64,000 bases of DNA. Origin: an uncultured bacterium. Its GTDB lineage: Bacteria > Krumholzibacteriota > Krumholzibacteriia > Krumholzibacteriales > Krumholzibacteriaceae. Below the pieces are notes generated by a model. The model did no database searches, was not told the DNA's origin, and worked only from the letters and a program-made list of their open reading frames with translations. The number at the start of each line of letters is the position of its first letter. The first letter of the stretch is position 1. Location of the stretch: assembly GCA_963813815.1 (NCBI GenBank), contig CAWFAD010000005.1, positions 32,001 through 96,000 on the forward strand, given 5' to 3'. A program made the position numbers and the translations under genes. Below, piece by piece: positions 30,171 through 39,991 of this stretch.

Positions 30171-31550
30171 ATGAGCATCCGGCAACGGGTGCGCGATTAC
30201 GCCACGGATAAGATCGTCTCCGAGATCATGTCCCACGTCGCGACCGCATCCCCCCGCGACATCGTCCGCATGATACGCCTCGCCGAGAAGCTCACGAAAG
30301 ACGAAGAATACCGCACACGCACGGCCGAGCTCCGGCGCCTCTTCGAGGAGGGGCATCCCTCGGCGCTGCTCGCCCGGGACGTCATGGCGCGGCTCTCCCC
30401 GCGCGTTCGAGAGCGGCTCATCCGCAACCTCTTCATCAACGCGCTCCTCACCGGCATCAATACGCGCAAAGGGATACTCCGCGAGGAGGGATGGCAACCG
30501 CCCCAGTTTCTCGTGATCAGCCCGACGATGCGCTGCAATCTCAAATGCCCCGGCTGCTACGCGGGCGAGTACGATCAGGACCGGGGGCTGCCCGTCGAGC
30601 TCATCGACCGGGTGCTCGAGGAATGCAAGGACCTCGGCATGTACTTCAATACGATGAGCGGCGGGGAGGTGCTCACCCGGAGGGACATCTTCGAGCTCTG
30701 GCGCAAGCATTCGGACATGTACTTCCAGATCTACACGAACGGCACCCTGATCGACGAGCGCATGGCCGACGAGCTCGCCGAGCTCGGCAACGTGGCGCCG
30801 ATGGTCAGCCTCGAGGGGTTCGAGGAGGAGACGGACGCGCGCCGCGGCAAGGGCACCTTCGCCCGGGTCATGAGGGCGTTCGACCTCATGCGGGAGCGCG
30901 GCATGGTCTTCGGCGCCTCGCTCACCGAGACGCGGAACAACATCGAGGCGATCGGCAGCAACGAGTTCGTCGATCTCTGCATAGAAAAAGGGTGCATGGT
31001 GCTCTGGTACTTCCAGTACATTCCGATCGGGCGCTGTCCGTCTCTCGATCTCATGCCCGCGGCCTCGCAGCGCGACTGGCTCCGCCACCGCGTGAGGGAG
31101 CTTCGCGACTCGCGTCCGATCTTCATCGGCGACTTCTGGAACGACGGGCCGTACGTGCACGGATGCATCGCCGGCGGCAGGGAGTATCTCCACATCAACG
31201 CGAAGGGGGACGTCGAGCCCTGCGTCTTTTGCCACTTCGCCGTCGACAACATCAAGAATGTCTCGCTCCGCGAGGCCATCAACTCGCCGTTCATGCGGAG
31301 AATTCGCTCGTTCCAGCCCTACCGCGAGAACCTGCTCACCCCGTGCATGCTCATCGACGCCCCCGAGGTGCTCCGGGCGGTCGTGACGGAGTTCGAAGCG
31401 CGCCCCACCTGCGAGGGGGCCGGGGAGCTCATCACGAATTTCGCGAAGGATATCGACCGGTACGCCGCGGAATATCGCGCGTACGCCGACGCCGCATGGA
31501 AATCGGAATGGAACGGATCCGCGGCGCCGGAGCGCGCCGCGTCGAGCTAG
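30171..31550 (+). CDS. Radical SAM protein with C-terminal SPASM/twitch-like region
   Basis: CNLKCPGC, SGGE, TNGTLI, GCIAGG..GDVEPCVF. Confidence 0.88.
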   Translation: MSIRQRVRDYATDKIVSEIMSHVATASPRDIVRMIRLAEKLTKDEEYRTRTAELRRLFEEGHPSALLARDVMARLSPRVRERLIRNLFINALLTGINTRKGILREEGWQPPQFLVISPTMRCNLKCPGCYAGEYDQDRGLPVELIDRVLEECKDLGMYFNTMSGGEVLTRRDIFELWRKHSDMYFQIYTNGTLIDERMADELAELGNVAPMVSLEGFEEETDARRGKGTFARVMRAFDLMRERGMVFGASLTETRNNIEAIGSNEFVDLCIEKGCMVLWYFQYIPIGRCPSLDLMPAASQRDWLRHRVRELRDSRPIFIGDFWNDGPYVHGCIAGGREYLHINAKGDVEPCVFCHFAVDNIKNVSLREAINSPFMRRIRSFQPYRENLLTPCMLIDAPEVLRAVVTEFEARPTCEGAGELITNFAKDIDRYAAEYRAYADAAWKSEWNGSAAPERAASS

Positions 31551-31556
31551 CGGGCG

Positions 31557-33011
31557 TCATCCCTTGACGCACACGAGCGGCCGCAGCCGCGCGACGCGGC
31601 GGCTCACGAGCGCCCCCTCCATGATCCCGACCACGCGCTCCACGTCCTTGTAGGCTCCGGGGGCCTCCTCCGCGGCGCCCGGTTTGCTGTGGACGCGCAC
31701 GACGATGCCGCACCGGCCGAGCTCGGCTATGACGTTCTCGCCCCGGTACTCCCGAAGGGCCTGCTTGCGCGACGCCCGGCGTCCCGCTCCGTGAATCGAG
31801 CTCCCGAACGTCTCCTCCATCCCCCGCTCCGTTCCGACGAGAACGAACGAGCTCGTGCCCATCGTCCCGCCGACGAGCACGGGCTGCCCGACGCCGCGAT
31901 AGCGCTCCGGCATTCCGGCGCGTCCCGCCGCGAACGCGCGCGTGGCGCCTTTGCGGTGAACGAGGAGCTCCCTCTCGACGCCATCGACGGAGTGCTTCTC
32001 GAGCTTGAGATTGTTGTGCCCCACCTCGTAGAGCGTCCGCATGCGGCTGTCCCCGAGCGAAAACAGGTCGCGGAACACGCCGCGGACGAGACCGGCGATC
32101 GCCTGCCGGTTCGCGAAGGCGCAGTTGATGCCGGCCCGAACGGCGGAGATGTACCGCCGCCCCTCCGGGCTCGCGATGGGCGCCGCGGCGAGGTCTTCCT
32201 CGGGAAGCTCGATCCGGTACTTCGCGCTCGCGCGCCGAAGCACCGATTGATAGTCCGTTCCGATCTGGTGCCCGAGGGCGCGGCTTCCCGTATGGATGCT
32301 CACGGCGACGGAGCCCTCGGAGAGCCCGAAAGCGGCGGCTGCGCCGGCGTCATACACCGCGTCGACGAACTGCACCTCGAGATAATGATTCCCCGATCCG
32401 AGCGTCCCGAGCTGTTTGAGCTCCCGCTCCTTCGCGAGCACGCTCACGCACGACGGATCGGCCCCCTCCGCCCTTCCTCCATCCTCGATGAACTCGAGGT
32501 CGTCCGCGACCCCGTACCCCCGCTCGAGCGCGAAGGACGCGCCCCGCTCGAGCACCTCGTCGATCTCCTCCATCGTGAGCTTGAGGGATCCCGTCGAACC
32601 GATGCCCGCCGGAATACGCCGAAAGAGCTCGTCGGCCAGCTCGACCTTGCGCCCTTCGACATCCTCGCGGGAAAGGTCCAGGATCATCGTCCTGACCCCG
32701 CAGTTGATGTCGAATCCAACCCCCGCGATCGCCACGACTCCCGTCGCCGGATCGAACGCTCCGACCCCTCCGATCGGAAAACCGTATCCGGGGTGAATGT
32801 CGGCCATGGCGAGCGAGGAGCCGACGATCCCCGGCAGGCAGGCGACGTTGCGCACCTGCAGCAGCGCGTCCCACTCCTTGCTCGAGCTCTCGCCGAGCAG
32901 GAGATCGATCGACTCCCGGTCGGCGTAGATGCGGCCCGGGACGTTCATATTTCCCGTTCTCGGAATCTCCCAGAGGTAATCGTGAACTTTTCGCAGCTCG
33001 ACGCGCGCCAT
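31557..33011 (-). CDS. rtcB: RNA ligase RtcB (archaeal/eukaryote-like subtype)
   Basis: MADIHPGYGFPIGG, GFDINCG, GTLGSGNHYLE, HTGSR, HN, HRKGATR, HGAGR, EEAPGAYK. Confidence 0.95.
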   Translation of the reverse strand: MARVELRKVHDYLWEIPRTGNMNVPGRIYADRESIDLLLGESSSKEWDALLQVRNVACLPGIVGSSLAMADIHPGYGFPIGGVGAFDPATGVVAIAGVGFDINCGVRTMILDLSREDVEGRKVELADELFRRIPAGIGSTGSLKLTMEEIDEVLERGASFALERGYGVADDLEFIEDGGRAEGADPSCVSVLAKERELKQLGTLGSGNHYLEVQFVDAVYDAGAAAAFGLSEGSVAVSIHTGSRALGHQIGTDYQSVLRRASAKYRIELPEEDLAAAPIASPEGRRYISAVRAGINCAFANRQAIAGLVRGVFRDLFSLGDSRMRTLYEVGHNNLKLEKHSVDGVERELLVHRKGATRAFAAGRAGMPERYRGVGQPVLVGGTMGTSSFVLVGTERGMEETFGSSIHGAGRRASRKQALREYRGENVIAELGRCGIVVRVHSKPGAAEEAPGAYKDVERVVGIMEGALVSRRVARLRPLVCVKG

Positions 33012-33029
33012 GTCCGCGTACCTCCTTGA

Positions 33030-33467
33030 TCAGAGATCGACGACGCACTGCGCCGTCCAGAACCCGTCCTCTTCCCGGCGCACGAAGGCTCCGCAGTACG
33101 TGGCAGCCTTCACCTCGATGCGCAGCGCCGCGCGCGCCTCGGAGACGGGAACGCCTGCCGCCGTGGCGGCGATCGTCCAGCATCCCCGCCGCTCGACGAG
33201 CTCGTCGACCGCGACCGCCACGATCACGAGATCGCCGATATCGGCCTCGGCGACGAGAGCGTTCAGAAACTCGATCAGGAGCCCCGTGAGGTCCGGGGCG
33301 CGCCTGCGCAGCGGCACCGAGACCGACGGCCGGAGCGCGGCGCGGTCGGCGACGAGCTCGAGCATAGCCGCCGCCGTCTCCTCGAAGGCCTCGGCGGCCG
33401 TCGCCCCCCAGCCGCGTATGCCCATATCGGCCGTGTGATCGATCGTCTCGTGGCCGCGAGTCGGCAT
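33030..33467 (-). CDS. Archease
   Basis: DHTADMG, LNAL, EVKAATY, C-terminal VDL; adjacent to rtcB. Confidence 0.9.
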   Translation of the reverse strand: MPTRGHETIDHTADMGIRGWGATAAEAFEETAAAMLELVADRAALRPSVSVPLRRRAPDLTGLLIEFLNALVAEADIGDLVIVAVAVDELVERRGCWTIAATAAGVPVSEARAALRIEVKAATYCGAFVRREEDGFWTAQCVVDL

Positions 33468-33510
33468 TCGCGCCCTCCTCGCGCTCCCCGCCGCATCGCG
33501 GCGCGGTGCG

Positions 33511-34602
33511 CTACAACGGCTTGAAGATGAAGTGAACGACGTCTCCGTCCTGAATCTCGTAGTCGTGCCCCTCGGTTCTGAGGAGGCCGTGATGATGAAC
33601 GGCGGCGCGGGAGCCGTGCTCGACGAGGTGCGCGAAGCTCATGACCTCGGCCCGGATGAATCCCCGCTCCATGTCGCCATGGATCTTGCCCGCGGCGAGC
33701 GGAGCGGGCGTTCCCCGCGGAATCGACCACGCCTGCAGCTTTTCGTGCGCCGTCGTGTAGTACCGGATGAGACCGAGCCGCTCGTGGCACCTCTCGATGA
33801 ATCGGCTCTTCGCCAGTCCGTCGACGCCGAGCTCGCCCTGGAACGCGAGCCGCTCTTCCGCCGGCAGCGAATCGAGCTCCTCCTCGATTCGGGCGGAAAA
33901 GACAAAGACGCCTCTTTCGCCGAGCGCCTCCGTCACGCGGCGGCACGCGGCCCCGGCCCCCGAAGGATCCTCGTACCCCGTGTTGAGAACGACGAGGCGC
34001 GGCTTCGAGGTCAGAAGCGCGAGCTCGTCGAAGAGCGCTCGCACGGGGGCGCTCACCGATTCGGCCTCGACGCGCTCCCCGCGCGAGAGCGTCGCCCGCA
34101 CCGACTCGAGATAACGCAGATCGTGCCGCTCCTCCTCCTTGAGGGCTTTGGCCTTCGTCCGCTCCTTCTCTATCCAGCGATCGACCCGCTCGACGTCCGA
34201 GAGAAAGAGCTCCGTGTCGACGATCTCGAGATCGAGCAGCGGATCGACGGTCCCATACACGTGGCTCACGTTTCCGTCCGTGAAGCAGCGGAGCACGTGC
34301 GCGAGCACGCTCGCCTCCCGCACGTGGTGCAGAAACTTGTTGCCGAGCCCCTCGCCCCGGCTCGCGCCTTTCACGAGCCCCGCGATGTCGATGAAGGTGA
34401 CGGTCGCAGGAATGACCTCTTTCGGCATGAGGACGGCCGCCAGCCGCGCGAGACGATCGTCGGGCACGGGCACCGTTCCGTGGTTTCGCTCGATCGTGCA
34501 GAAAGGATAGTTCGACGCCTCGGCGCCCGCATGGCAGAGCGCGTTGAGCAGCGTCGATTTACCGACGTTCGGCAGTCCGATGATGCCGACGGTGAGTCCC
34601 AT
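33511..34602 (-). CDS. ychF: Ribosome-binding ATPase YchF
   Basis: GLPNVGKST, NYPFCTI, DIAGLVKGAS.GEGLGNKFL, GFIRAEV. Confidence 0.95.
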   Translation of the reverse strand: MGLTVGIIGLPNVGKSTLLNALCHAGAEASNYPFCTIERNHGTVPVPDDRLARLAAVLMPKEVIPATVTFIDIAGLVKGASRGEGLGNKFLHHVREASVLAHVLRCFTDGNVSHVYGTVDPLLDLEIVDTELFLSDVERVDRWIEKERTKAKALKEEERHDLRYLESVRATLSRGERVEAESVSAPVRALFDELALLTSKPRLVVLNTGYEDPSGAGAACRRVTEALGERGVFVFSARIEEELDSLPAEERLAFQGELGVDGLAKSRFIERCHERLGLIRYYTTAHEKLQAWSIPRGTPAPLAAGKIHGDMERGFIRAEVMSFAHLVEHGSRAAVHHHGLLRTEGHDYEIQDGDVVHFIFKPL

Positions 34603-34652
34603 GGAACATCCCTTTCCGCGCGCCCGCGCGGCCCCGGGTCCCGGACACAATC

Positions 34653-34681
34653 ATGGTAGGGCAACGCGGCGGCCCTGTCAA
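34653..34681 (-). promoter_or_regulatory. Putative sigma70 promoter for ychF-archease-rtcB
   Basis: Minus strand TTGACA-17nt-TACCAT. Confidence 0.6.
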
Positions 34682-34686
34682 AACGC

Positions 34687-34720
34687 AAAAAAATCTCCGG
34701 CCCCGTCCGGGGCCGGAGAT
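34687..34720 (-). terminator. Intrinsic terminator after the YHS protein gene
   Basis: 12-bp perfect stem ATCTCCGGCCCC/GGGGCCGGAGAT, 4-nt loop, followed by a T-run on the minus strand. Confidence 0.85.
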
Positions 34721-34783
34721 GACGTTCGAATCGCCACGGAAGCGTTTCCGCGCCCGCGCAACCGGGCGCGGCGCGCTCCGCCG

Positions 34784-35563
34784 TTACTTCTTCGCCGGCT
34801 TGTCTTTCGCGTGGGGGCACTCTCCGGCTTCGATCGCCTTCCGGCAACCCTCCTCGCCCTTGGCCGCTTCCTTGCAGCCGAGAGAACCGCTCTTCGCGTC
34901 TCCGCATTTCTCGTAGGCCGCCCCGCGCGCCTTGCCGAGATACTTCTTCGGATCGGCCTTGAACTTCTTCATGCAGCTCTCGCAGCAGAAATAGTAGGTC
35001 TTCCCGTCGCGCTCGAGCTTGGCCCCTGCTTCCTTGCGGAGAAACACCTTGCCGGTCACGGGGCACATGTCGTGAACGTAGGCGCCCGGATCCTTGTCGA
35101 AGGCGGCCTTGTTCTCACCGTTTTCGAAGTAGAGCGGCATCCCCTCGAAGGTGGAGCTGTGCTTCATATCCTTCTGGCGCATGACCTTCCCGCCGACGTA
35201 ATCGTAGTTCATCTCGTATTCGCCGGGGCTCGCGAGATATTTGTCCCGGCACGCCTCCGAGCAGAAATATATCCGGCGGTTGTTGTGCGAGGTCGCGACG
35301 GCCTTGTCCTTGCTGACGGTCATGCCGCACACGGCGTCGACGTCCATGCCCGCGGCCACGGCCTTCGGATCCTTATCGAAATAGGCGCGGCAGCCCGGGC
35401 TGCAGAAATGGTACATGACGCCCTCGTACTCGGCGTCGAGCCCCTCCGCCCCGTCCGCGAGGTAGCCGCACACCGAGCAGGCGACCTTGTCCTCTCCGGC
35501 CGTCACGACGACCGCCGAGAGCAGCACGGCCGCCATGATCGCGAATAACGTCATATTCTTCAT
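34784..35563 (-). CDS. Secreted protein with four YHS/TRASH-like metal-binding repeats
   Basis: [26 protein letters not shown], degenerate DYVGG..YFEN, CPVTG..YFCCESC. Confidence 0.8.
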   Translation of the reverse strand: MKNMTLFAIMAAVLLSAVVVTAGEDKVACSVCGYLADGAEGLDAEYEGVMYHFCSPGCRAYFDKDPKAVAAGMDVDAVCGMTVSKDKAVATSHNNRRIYFCSEACRDKYLASPGEYEMNYDYVGGKVMRQKDMKHSSTFEGMPLYFENGENKAAFDKDPGAYVHDMCPVTGKVFLRKEAGAKLERDGKTYYFCCESCMKKFKADPKKYLGKARGAAYEKCGDAKSGSLGCKEAAKGEEGCRKAIEAGECPHAKDKPAKK

Positions 35564-35612
35564 CGCCGACCTCTTTCTCCGTTCAATCGATGTCATCGAT
35601 CGCCGCGCCGTT

Positions 35613-37589
35613 CTATCGTATGAAGAGCGGGGCGAACACGAGCGCGACGACCGCCATGAGCTTGATGAGAATGTTCATGCTCGGGCCGGAGGTGTCCTTG
35701 AACGGGTCCCCGACCGTGTCGCCGACGACCGCGGCGGCGTGAACCGGCGTTCCCTTGCCGCCGAGGTTTCCGGCCTCGATCCATTTCTTGCTGTTGTCCC
35801 ACGTGCCGCCAACGTTCGCCATGAAGATGCCGAGCAGCACGCCCGTCACCGTCGCGCCGGCGAGAAATCCGCCGAGGGCCTCGGGGCCGAGGACGAATCC
35901 GATCACGAGCGGCATTATGACGGCGAGAATGCCGGGCAGAATCATTTCGCGGAGCGCGTTCTTCGTCACGATGTCGATGCAGCGCCCCGTATCGGGCTCC
36001 GCCGTACCCTCCATGAGCCCTTTGATCTCGCGGAACTGCCGCCTGATCTCGATGACCATCTTGTTCGCGGCCTTGCCCACCCCCTTCATGGTGAAGGAGG
36101 CGATCACGAACGGCATCGTCCCTCCGAGGAAGAGCCCGATGACCGTTTTCGCCGAAGAGAGGCTGATCGTCTCAATCCCAACCGACTGCTGGTACGCGCT
36201 GAAGAGACCGAGCGCCGTGAGCGCCGCCGAACCGATCGCGAATCCCTTGCCGATCGCCGCCGTGGTGTTGCCGAGCGAATCGAGCCGGTCCGTGATCGCG
36301 CGAATTTCCTTGCCGAGGTGCGACATCTCGGCGATGCCGCCGGCGTTGTCCGCGATGGGTCCGTAGGAATCGGTCGACATGATCACGCCGATCGTCGAGA
36401 GCATGCCGACCGCGGAAATCGCGATGCCGTAGAGGCCGCTCGCCTCGAAGGCGATGAAGATGGCCGCGCAAAGCGTGATCATCGGCAACACGATGCTCTC
36501 GAATCCGACGGCCAGCCCCGTGATGATCGTGGTGGCGGGGCCCGTTTCGCTCGCGTGCGCGACCGTTTGCACCGGCGGGCCGGAGGTGAAGTACTCGCTC
36601 TCCGCGCCGATGAGGACGCCGCCGATGATGCCGGCGAGCGCGGCGTAGAAGGGACCGAGCTCTCCGACGATCGCCCGCGTCAGGAAGAAGGCGCCGGCGA
36701 TGAACACCGCCCCCGCGACGTAGGTGGCGTACCGGAGAGCGGAAGCGGGGTTGAGCCTTTTCAGAATGTCGATCGAGAAGATGCCGAGGAAGGATCCGAT
36801 GAGGCCCATGCCGATGAGCGCGAGCGGCAGGGACATCCAGCGCACCGGGTCGAGCATCGTGGCGCCGAGCGCCATCGTGGCGACGACGCTTCCGACGTAG
36901 CTTTCGAAGAGGTCCGCGCCCATGCCCGCCGTATCGCCCACGTTGTCGCCCACGTTGTCCGCGATGACGCCGGGGTTTCGCGGATCGTCCTCGGGGATGC
37001 CCGCCTCCACCTTGCCGACGAGGTCCGCGCCGACGTCGGCGCTCTTCGTATAGATGCCGCCTCCCACGCGGGCGAAGAGCGCGATCGAGCTCGCCCCCAT
37101 GGCGAATCCGTTGATGATGACCGGATTCTTCGTGAAGACGAAGAAAAAGCCGAGCCCGACGACGCCGAGCGCGGCGACGCTGAGCCCCATCACCGAGCCG
37201 CCCCGGAACGCGATGAGCAGGGCGCGGGCGACGCCGCCGTCGATGGCTCCCTGCGCCGTGCGCGCGTTGCTCCTCGTCGCGGCCTCCATGCCGAGGAGCC
37301 CGGCGCCCATCGAGCATACCGCCCCGCCGAGGAAGGCGACCGCCGTCCAGATACCCAGCAGCAGCGCGAGCGCGGCGAACACGACGACGATGAATCCCGC
37401 TATGATCGAGTACTCGCGTTTCAGAAACACGAAAGCGCCGTGGTGCACCCGGTCGCTGATCGACCTCATGAGCTCGTTGCCGGCCGGCTTCCTCATGATG
37501 GAAAAATACGTGAGCACGGCGACGGCCATCCCGACGACGCCGAGCCACGGGATCGCGTTCGTCAATCGCTCGAGCACATCAATCTGCAT
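35613..37589 (-). CDS. hppA: Membrane-bound pyrophosphatase, K+-dependent type (possibly Na+-translocating)
   Basis: [39 protein letters not shown] (Ala at the K+-dependence position), [14 protein letters not shown]. Confidence 0.95.
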   Translation of the reverse strand: MQIDVLERLTNAIPWLGVVGMAVAVLTYFSIMRKPAGNELMRSISDRVHHGAFVFLKREYSIIAGFIVVVFAALALLLGIWTAVAFLGGAVCSMGAGLLGMEAATRSNARTAQGAIDGGVARALLIAFRGGSVMGLSVAALGVVGLGFFFVFTKNPVIINGFAMGASSIALFARVGGGIYTKSADVGADLVGKVEAGIPEDDPRNPGVIADNVGDNVGDTAGMGADLFESYVGSVVATMALGATMLDPVRWMSLPLALIGMGLIGSFLGIFSIDILKRLNPASALRYATYVAGAVFIAGAFFLTRAIVGELGPFYAALAGIIGGVLIGAESEYFTSGPPVQTVAHASETGPATTIITGLAVGFESIVLPMITLCAAIFIAFEASGLYGIAISAVGMLSTIGVIMSTDSYGPIADNAGGIAEMSHLGKEIRAITDRLDSLGNTTAAIGKGFAIGSAALTALGLFSAYQQSVGIETISLSSAKTVIGLFLGGTMPFVIASFTMKGVGKAANKMVIEIRRQFREIKGLMEGTAEPDTGRCIDIVTKNALREMILPGILAVIMPLVIGFVLGPEALGGFLAGATVTGVLLGIFMANVGGTWDNSKKWIEAGNLGGKGTPVHAAAVVGDTVGDPFKDTSGPSMNILIKLMAVVALVFAPLFIR

Positions 37590-37640
37590 GGACTCTTCCC
37601 TCCTCTGGGTGCGGGCGCGGGGCGACCCGCGCCCCTTGTT

Positions 37641-38840
37641 TCACCGGATAACGCCGAGGCCTCGGCCGACCTTCGTGAAGGCGTCGATCGCCCGGTCGAG
37701 GTGAGCGCGCGTGTGGGCCGCCGAGATCTGCACGCGGATGCGCGCGGCTCCCTTCGGCACGACCGGATAGAAGAAACCGATTACGTAGATGCCCTCTTCG
37801 AGCATCCGCCCCGCCATGTCCTGCGCGAGCTTCGCGTCCCCGAGCATGACGGGCACGATCGGATGCTCGCTCGGCACGATGTTGAATCCCGCCGCGGTCA
37901 TCTTCGAGCGGAAGTAGGCGGTGTTCTCGCGCAGCCGGGCGCGGAGCTCGTCCGTCTTCGAAAGGAGCTCGAGCGCCTTGATCGAGGCCGCAACGAGCGC
38001 CGGGGCGAGCGTGTTCGAGAAGAGGTACGGGCGCGAGCGCTGCCGCAGGAGGTCGATGATCTCCTGCCGTCCCGTCGTGAAGCCGCCCGACGCCCCGCCG
38101 AGCGCCTTGCCGAGAGTCGAGGTGATGACGTCGACGCGGCCGAGAGCGCCGCAATGCTCGACGGCTCCCCTTCCCGTCGGACCGAAGAACCCCGTCGCGT
38201 GGGAATCGTCTACCATGACGAGCGCGCCGTATTGATCGGCGATGTCGCAAATCTCGTCGACCTTGGCGACGATGCCGTCCATCGAGAAAACGCCGTCGGT
38301 GGCGATCATGATGCGCTTGGCGCCCGCGGCCTTGGCCTCGTCGAGCCTCGCGCGCAAATCGTTCATGTCGTTGTTATTGTAGCGGTAGCGCTTCGCCTTG
38401 CAGAGCCTGACCCCGTCGATGATCGAGGCGTGGTTCAGGGCGTCGCTCACGACGGCGTCGTCCTCGCCGAGCAGCACCTCGAAGAGCCCGCCGTTCGCGT
38501 CGAAGCATGACGAATAGAGGATGGCGTCCTCCGTTTTGAAGAAGCCGGCGATCGTCTTCTCGAGCTTCTTGTGAATGTCCTGCGTCCCGCAGATGAATCG
38601 AACGGAGGAGAGCCCGAAGCCGTGGGTCCTCATCGCGGCGCACGCGGCGTCGATGAGCTCGCGGTTGTTCGCGAGGCCGAGATAGTTGTTGGCGCAGAAA
38701 TTGAGCACGTCCTGCCCCGTCTGCACCTTGATTTCGGGACGCTGCTCGGTGACGATCACGCGCTCGACCTTGTACAGGCCGGCGTCCTTGATCTCCGCGA
38801 GGGTGGTCTTGAGCTCGTTCTGGATCGTCGACTGGTACAT
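37641..38840 (-). CDS. kbl: 2-amino-3-ketobutyrate CoA ligase
   Basis: [45 protein letters not shown]. Confidence 0.95.
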   Translation of the reverse strand: MYQSTIQNELKTTLAEIKDAGLYKVERVIVTEQRPEIKVQTGQDVLNFCANNYLGLANNRELIDAACAAMRTHGFGLSSVRFICGTQDIHKKLEKTIAGFFKTEDAILYSSCFDANGGLFEVLLGEDDAVVSDALNHASIIDGVRLCKAKRYRYNNNDMNDLRARLDEAKAAGAKRIMIATDGVFSMDGIVAKVDEICDIADQYGALVMVDDSHATGFFGPTGRGAVEHCGALGRVDVITSTLGKALGGASGGFTTGRQEIIDLLRQRSRPYLFSNTLAPALVAASIKALELLSKTDELRARLRENTAYFRSKMTAAGFNIVPSEHPIVPVMLGDAKLAQDMAGRMLEEGIYVIGFFYPVVPKGAARIRVQISAAHTRAHLDRAIDAFTKVGRGLGVIR

Positions 38841-38886
38841 GCGCTTCTCCCCTTCGCGCGGCGCCGCCACTCGCGGCGCACGCTCC

Positions 38887-39852
38887 TCAGAGTTTGCCCG
38901 CCTGCTGTCTCTTTCGCAGAGCCGATAGCATGTCCGCCGCCATGCGCGGCAGATCGAAATCGGGGCTCCAGTTCCATTCTTCCCGCGCCGATCGGTCGTC
39001 CATCCAGTTCGGCCACGAATCAGCGATCGCCTGGCGCATCTTATCCACCTGATAATCGATGGCGAAGCCGGGGACGTGCTTGCGGATCTCCGCGGCCAGC
39101 ACCTCGGGGGTGAAATGCATCGCCGTCACGTTGAACGAATTTCTGTGGCGCAGCTTCGCCGGGTCGGCCTCCATGACCATGATCGCCGCCTTGATGGCGT
39201 CGGGCATGTACATCATGTCGAGCGACGTGTCCGATCTCAAAACGCACGTGTAACGGCCCTTCCGTATGGCCTCGTAGAATATCTCGACGGCGTAATCGGT
39301 CGTACCCCCGCCCGGAGGCGTCACGTTCGAGATGATGCCGGGAAAGCGGACGCCGCGCGTGTCGACCCCGTGGCGAGTGAAATAGTAGTCGCAGAGAAGC
39401 TCCCCCGCCACCTTCGTCACGCCGTACATACTCGTCGGCCGCTGGATCGTTTCCTGCGGAGTGTTGTCGAGCGGGGTCGTGGGGCCGAACGCGCCGATCG
39501 AGCTCGGGAAAAAGACGCTGCACCGGCTCTTGCGCGCCGACTCGAGCACGTGAAACAACCCGTCCATGTTGATGCGCCACGCCTTGTGCGGCTCCCCCTC
39601 CGCTATCGCCGACAGCACCGCCGCGAGATGGTACACGATGTCGATGCGGTGCCTCGAGAGCGCCGCCTCGATCTCCTCGGGCTTCATGACGTCGAGCCGC
39701 TCGAAAGCGACGTTCGCCCCGAAGACCCTGTTTTCCTGCACGTCCGTCGCGACGACGTTGTCGTAGCCGTAGCGTTCGCAGAGCGCCGTGGTGAGCTCGG
39801 AACCGATCTGTCCGAGGGCGCCGGTGACGAGAACTCTCCTGGTGGTCTTCAT
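38887..39852 (-). CDS. tdh: L-threonine 3-dehydrogenase (SDR/epimerase type)
   Basis: [41 protein letters not shown]; upstream of kbl. Confidence 0.85.
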   Translation of the reverse strand: MKTTRRVLVTGALGQIGSELTTALCERYGYDNVVATDVQENRVFGANVAFERLDVMKPEEIEAALSRHRIDIVYHLAAVLSAIAEGEPHKAWRINMDGLFHVLESARKSRCSVFFPSSIGAFGPTTPLDNTPQETIQRPTSMYGVTKVAGELLCDYYFTRHGVDTRGVRFPGIISNVTPPGGGTTDYAVEIFYEAIRKGRYTCVLRSDTSLDMMYMPDAIKAAIMVMEADPAKLRHRNSFNVTAMHFTPEVLAAEIRKHVPGFAIDYQVDKMRQAIADSWPNWMDDRSAREEWNWSPDFDLPRMAADMLSALRKRQQAGKL

Positions 39853-39991
39853 ACGCTCCCTGCTTCGCGCCGAAGGTTGTGCCCGGAACATGACTCTCCA
39901 CGGCGTCCCTCCTCCGCGAGGAGGGCCCGAACGCGGTGGCCGTACGGTAGCACCGCCCCGGCGCGGCGGTCAAACGAGATTTTCCCGGAGG

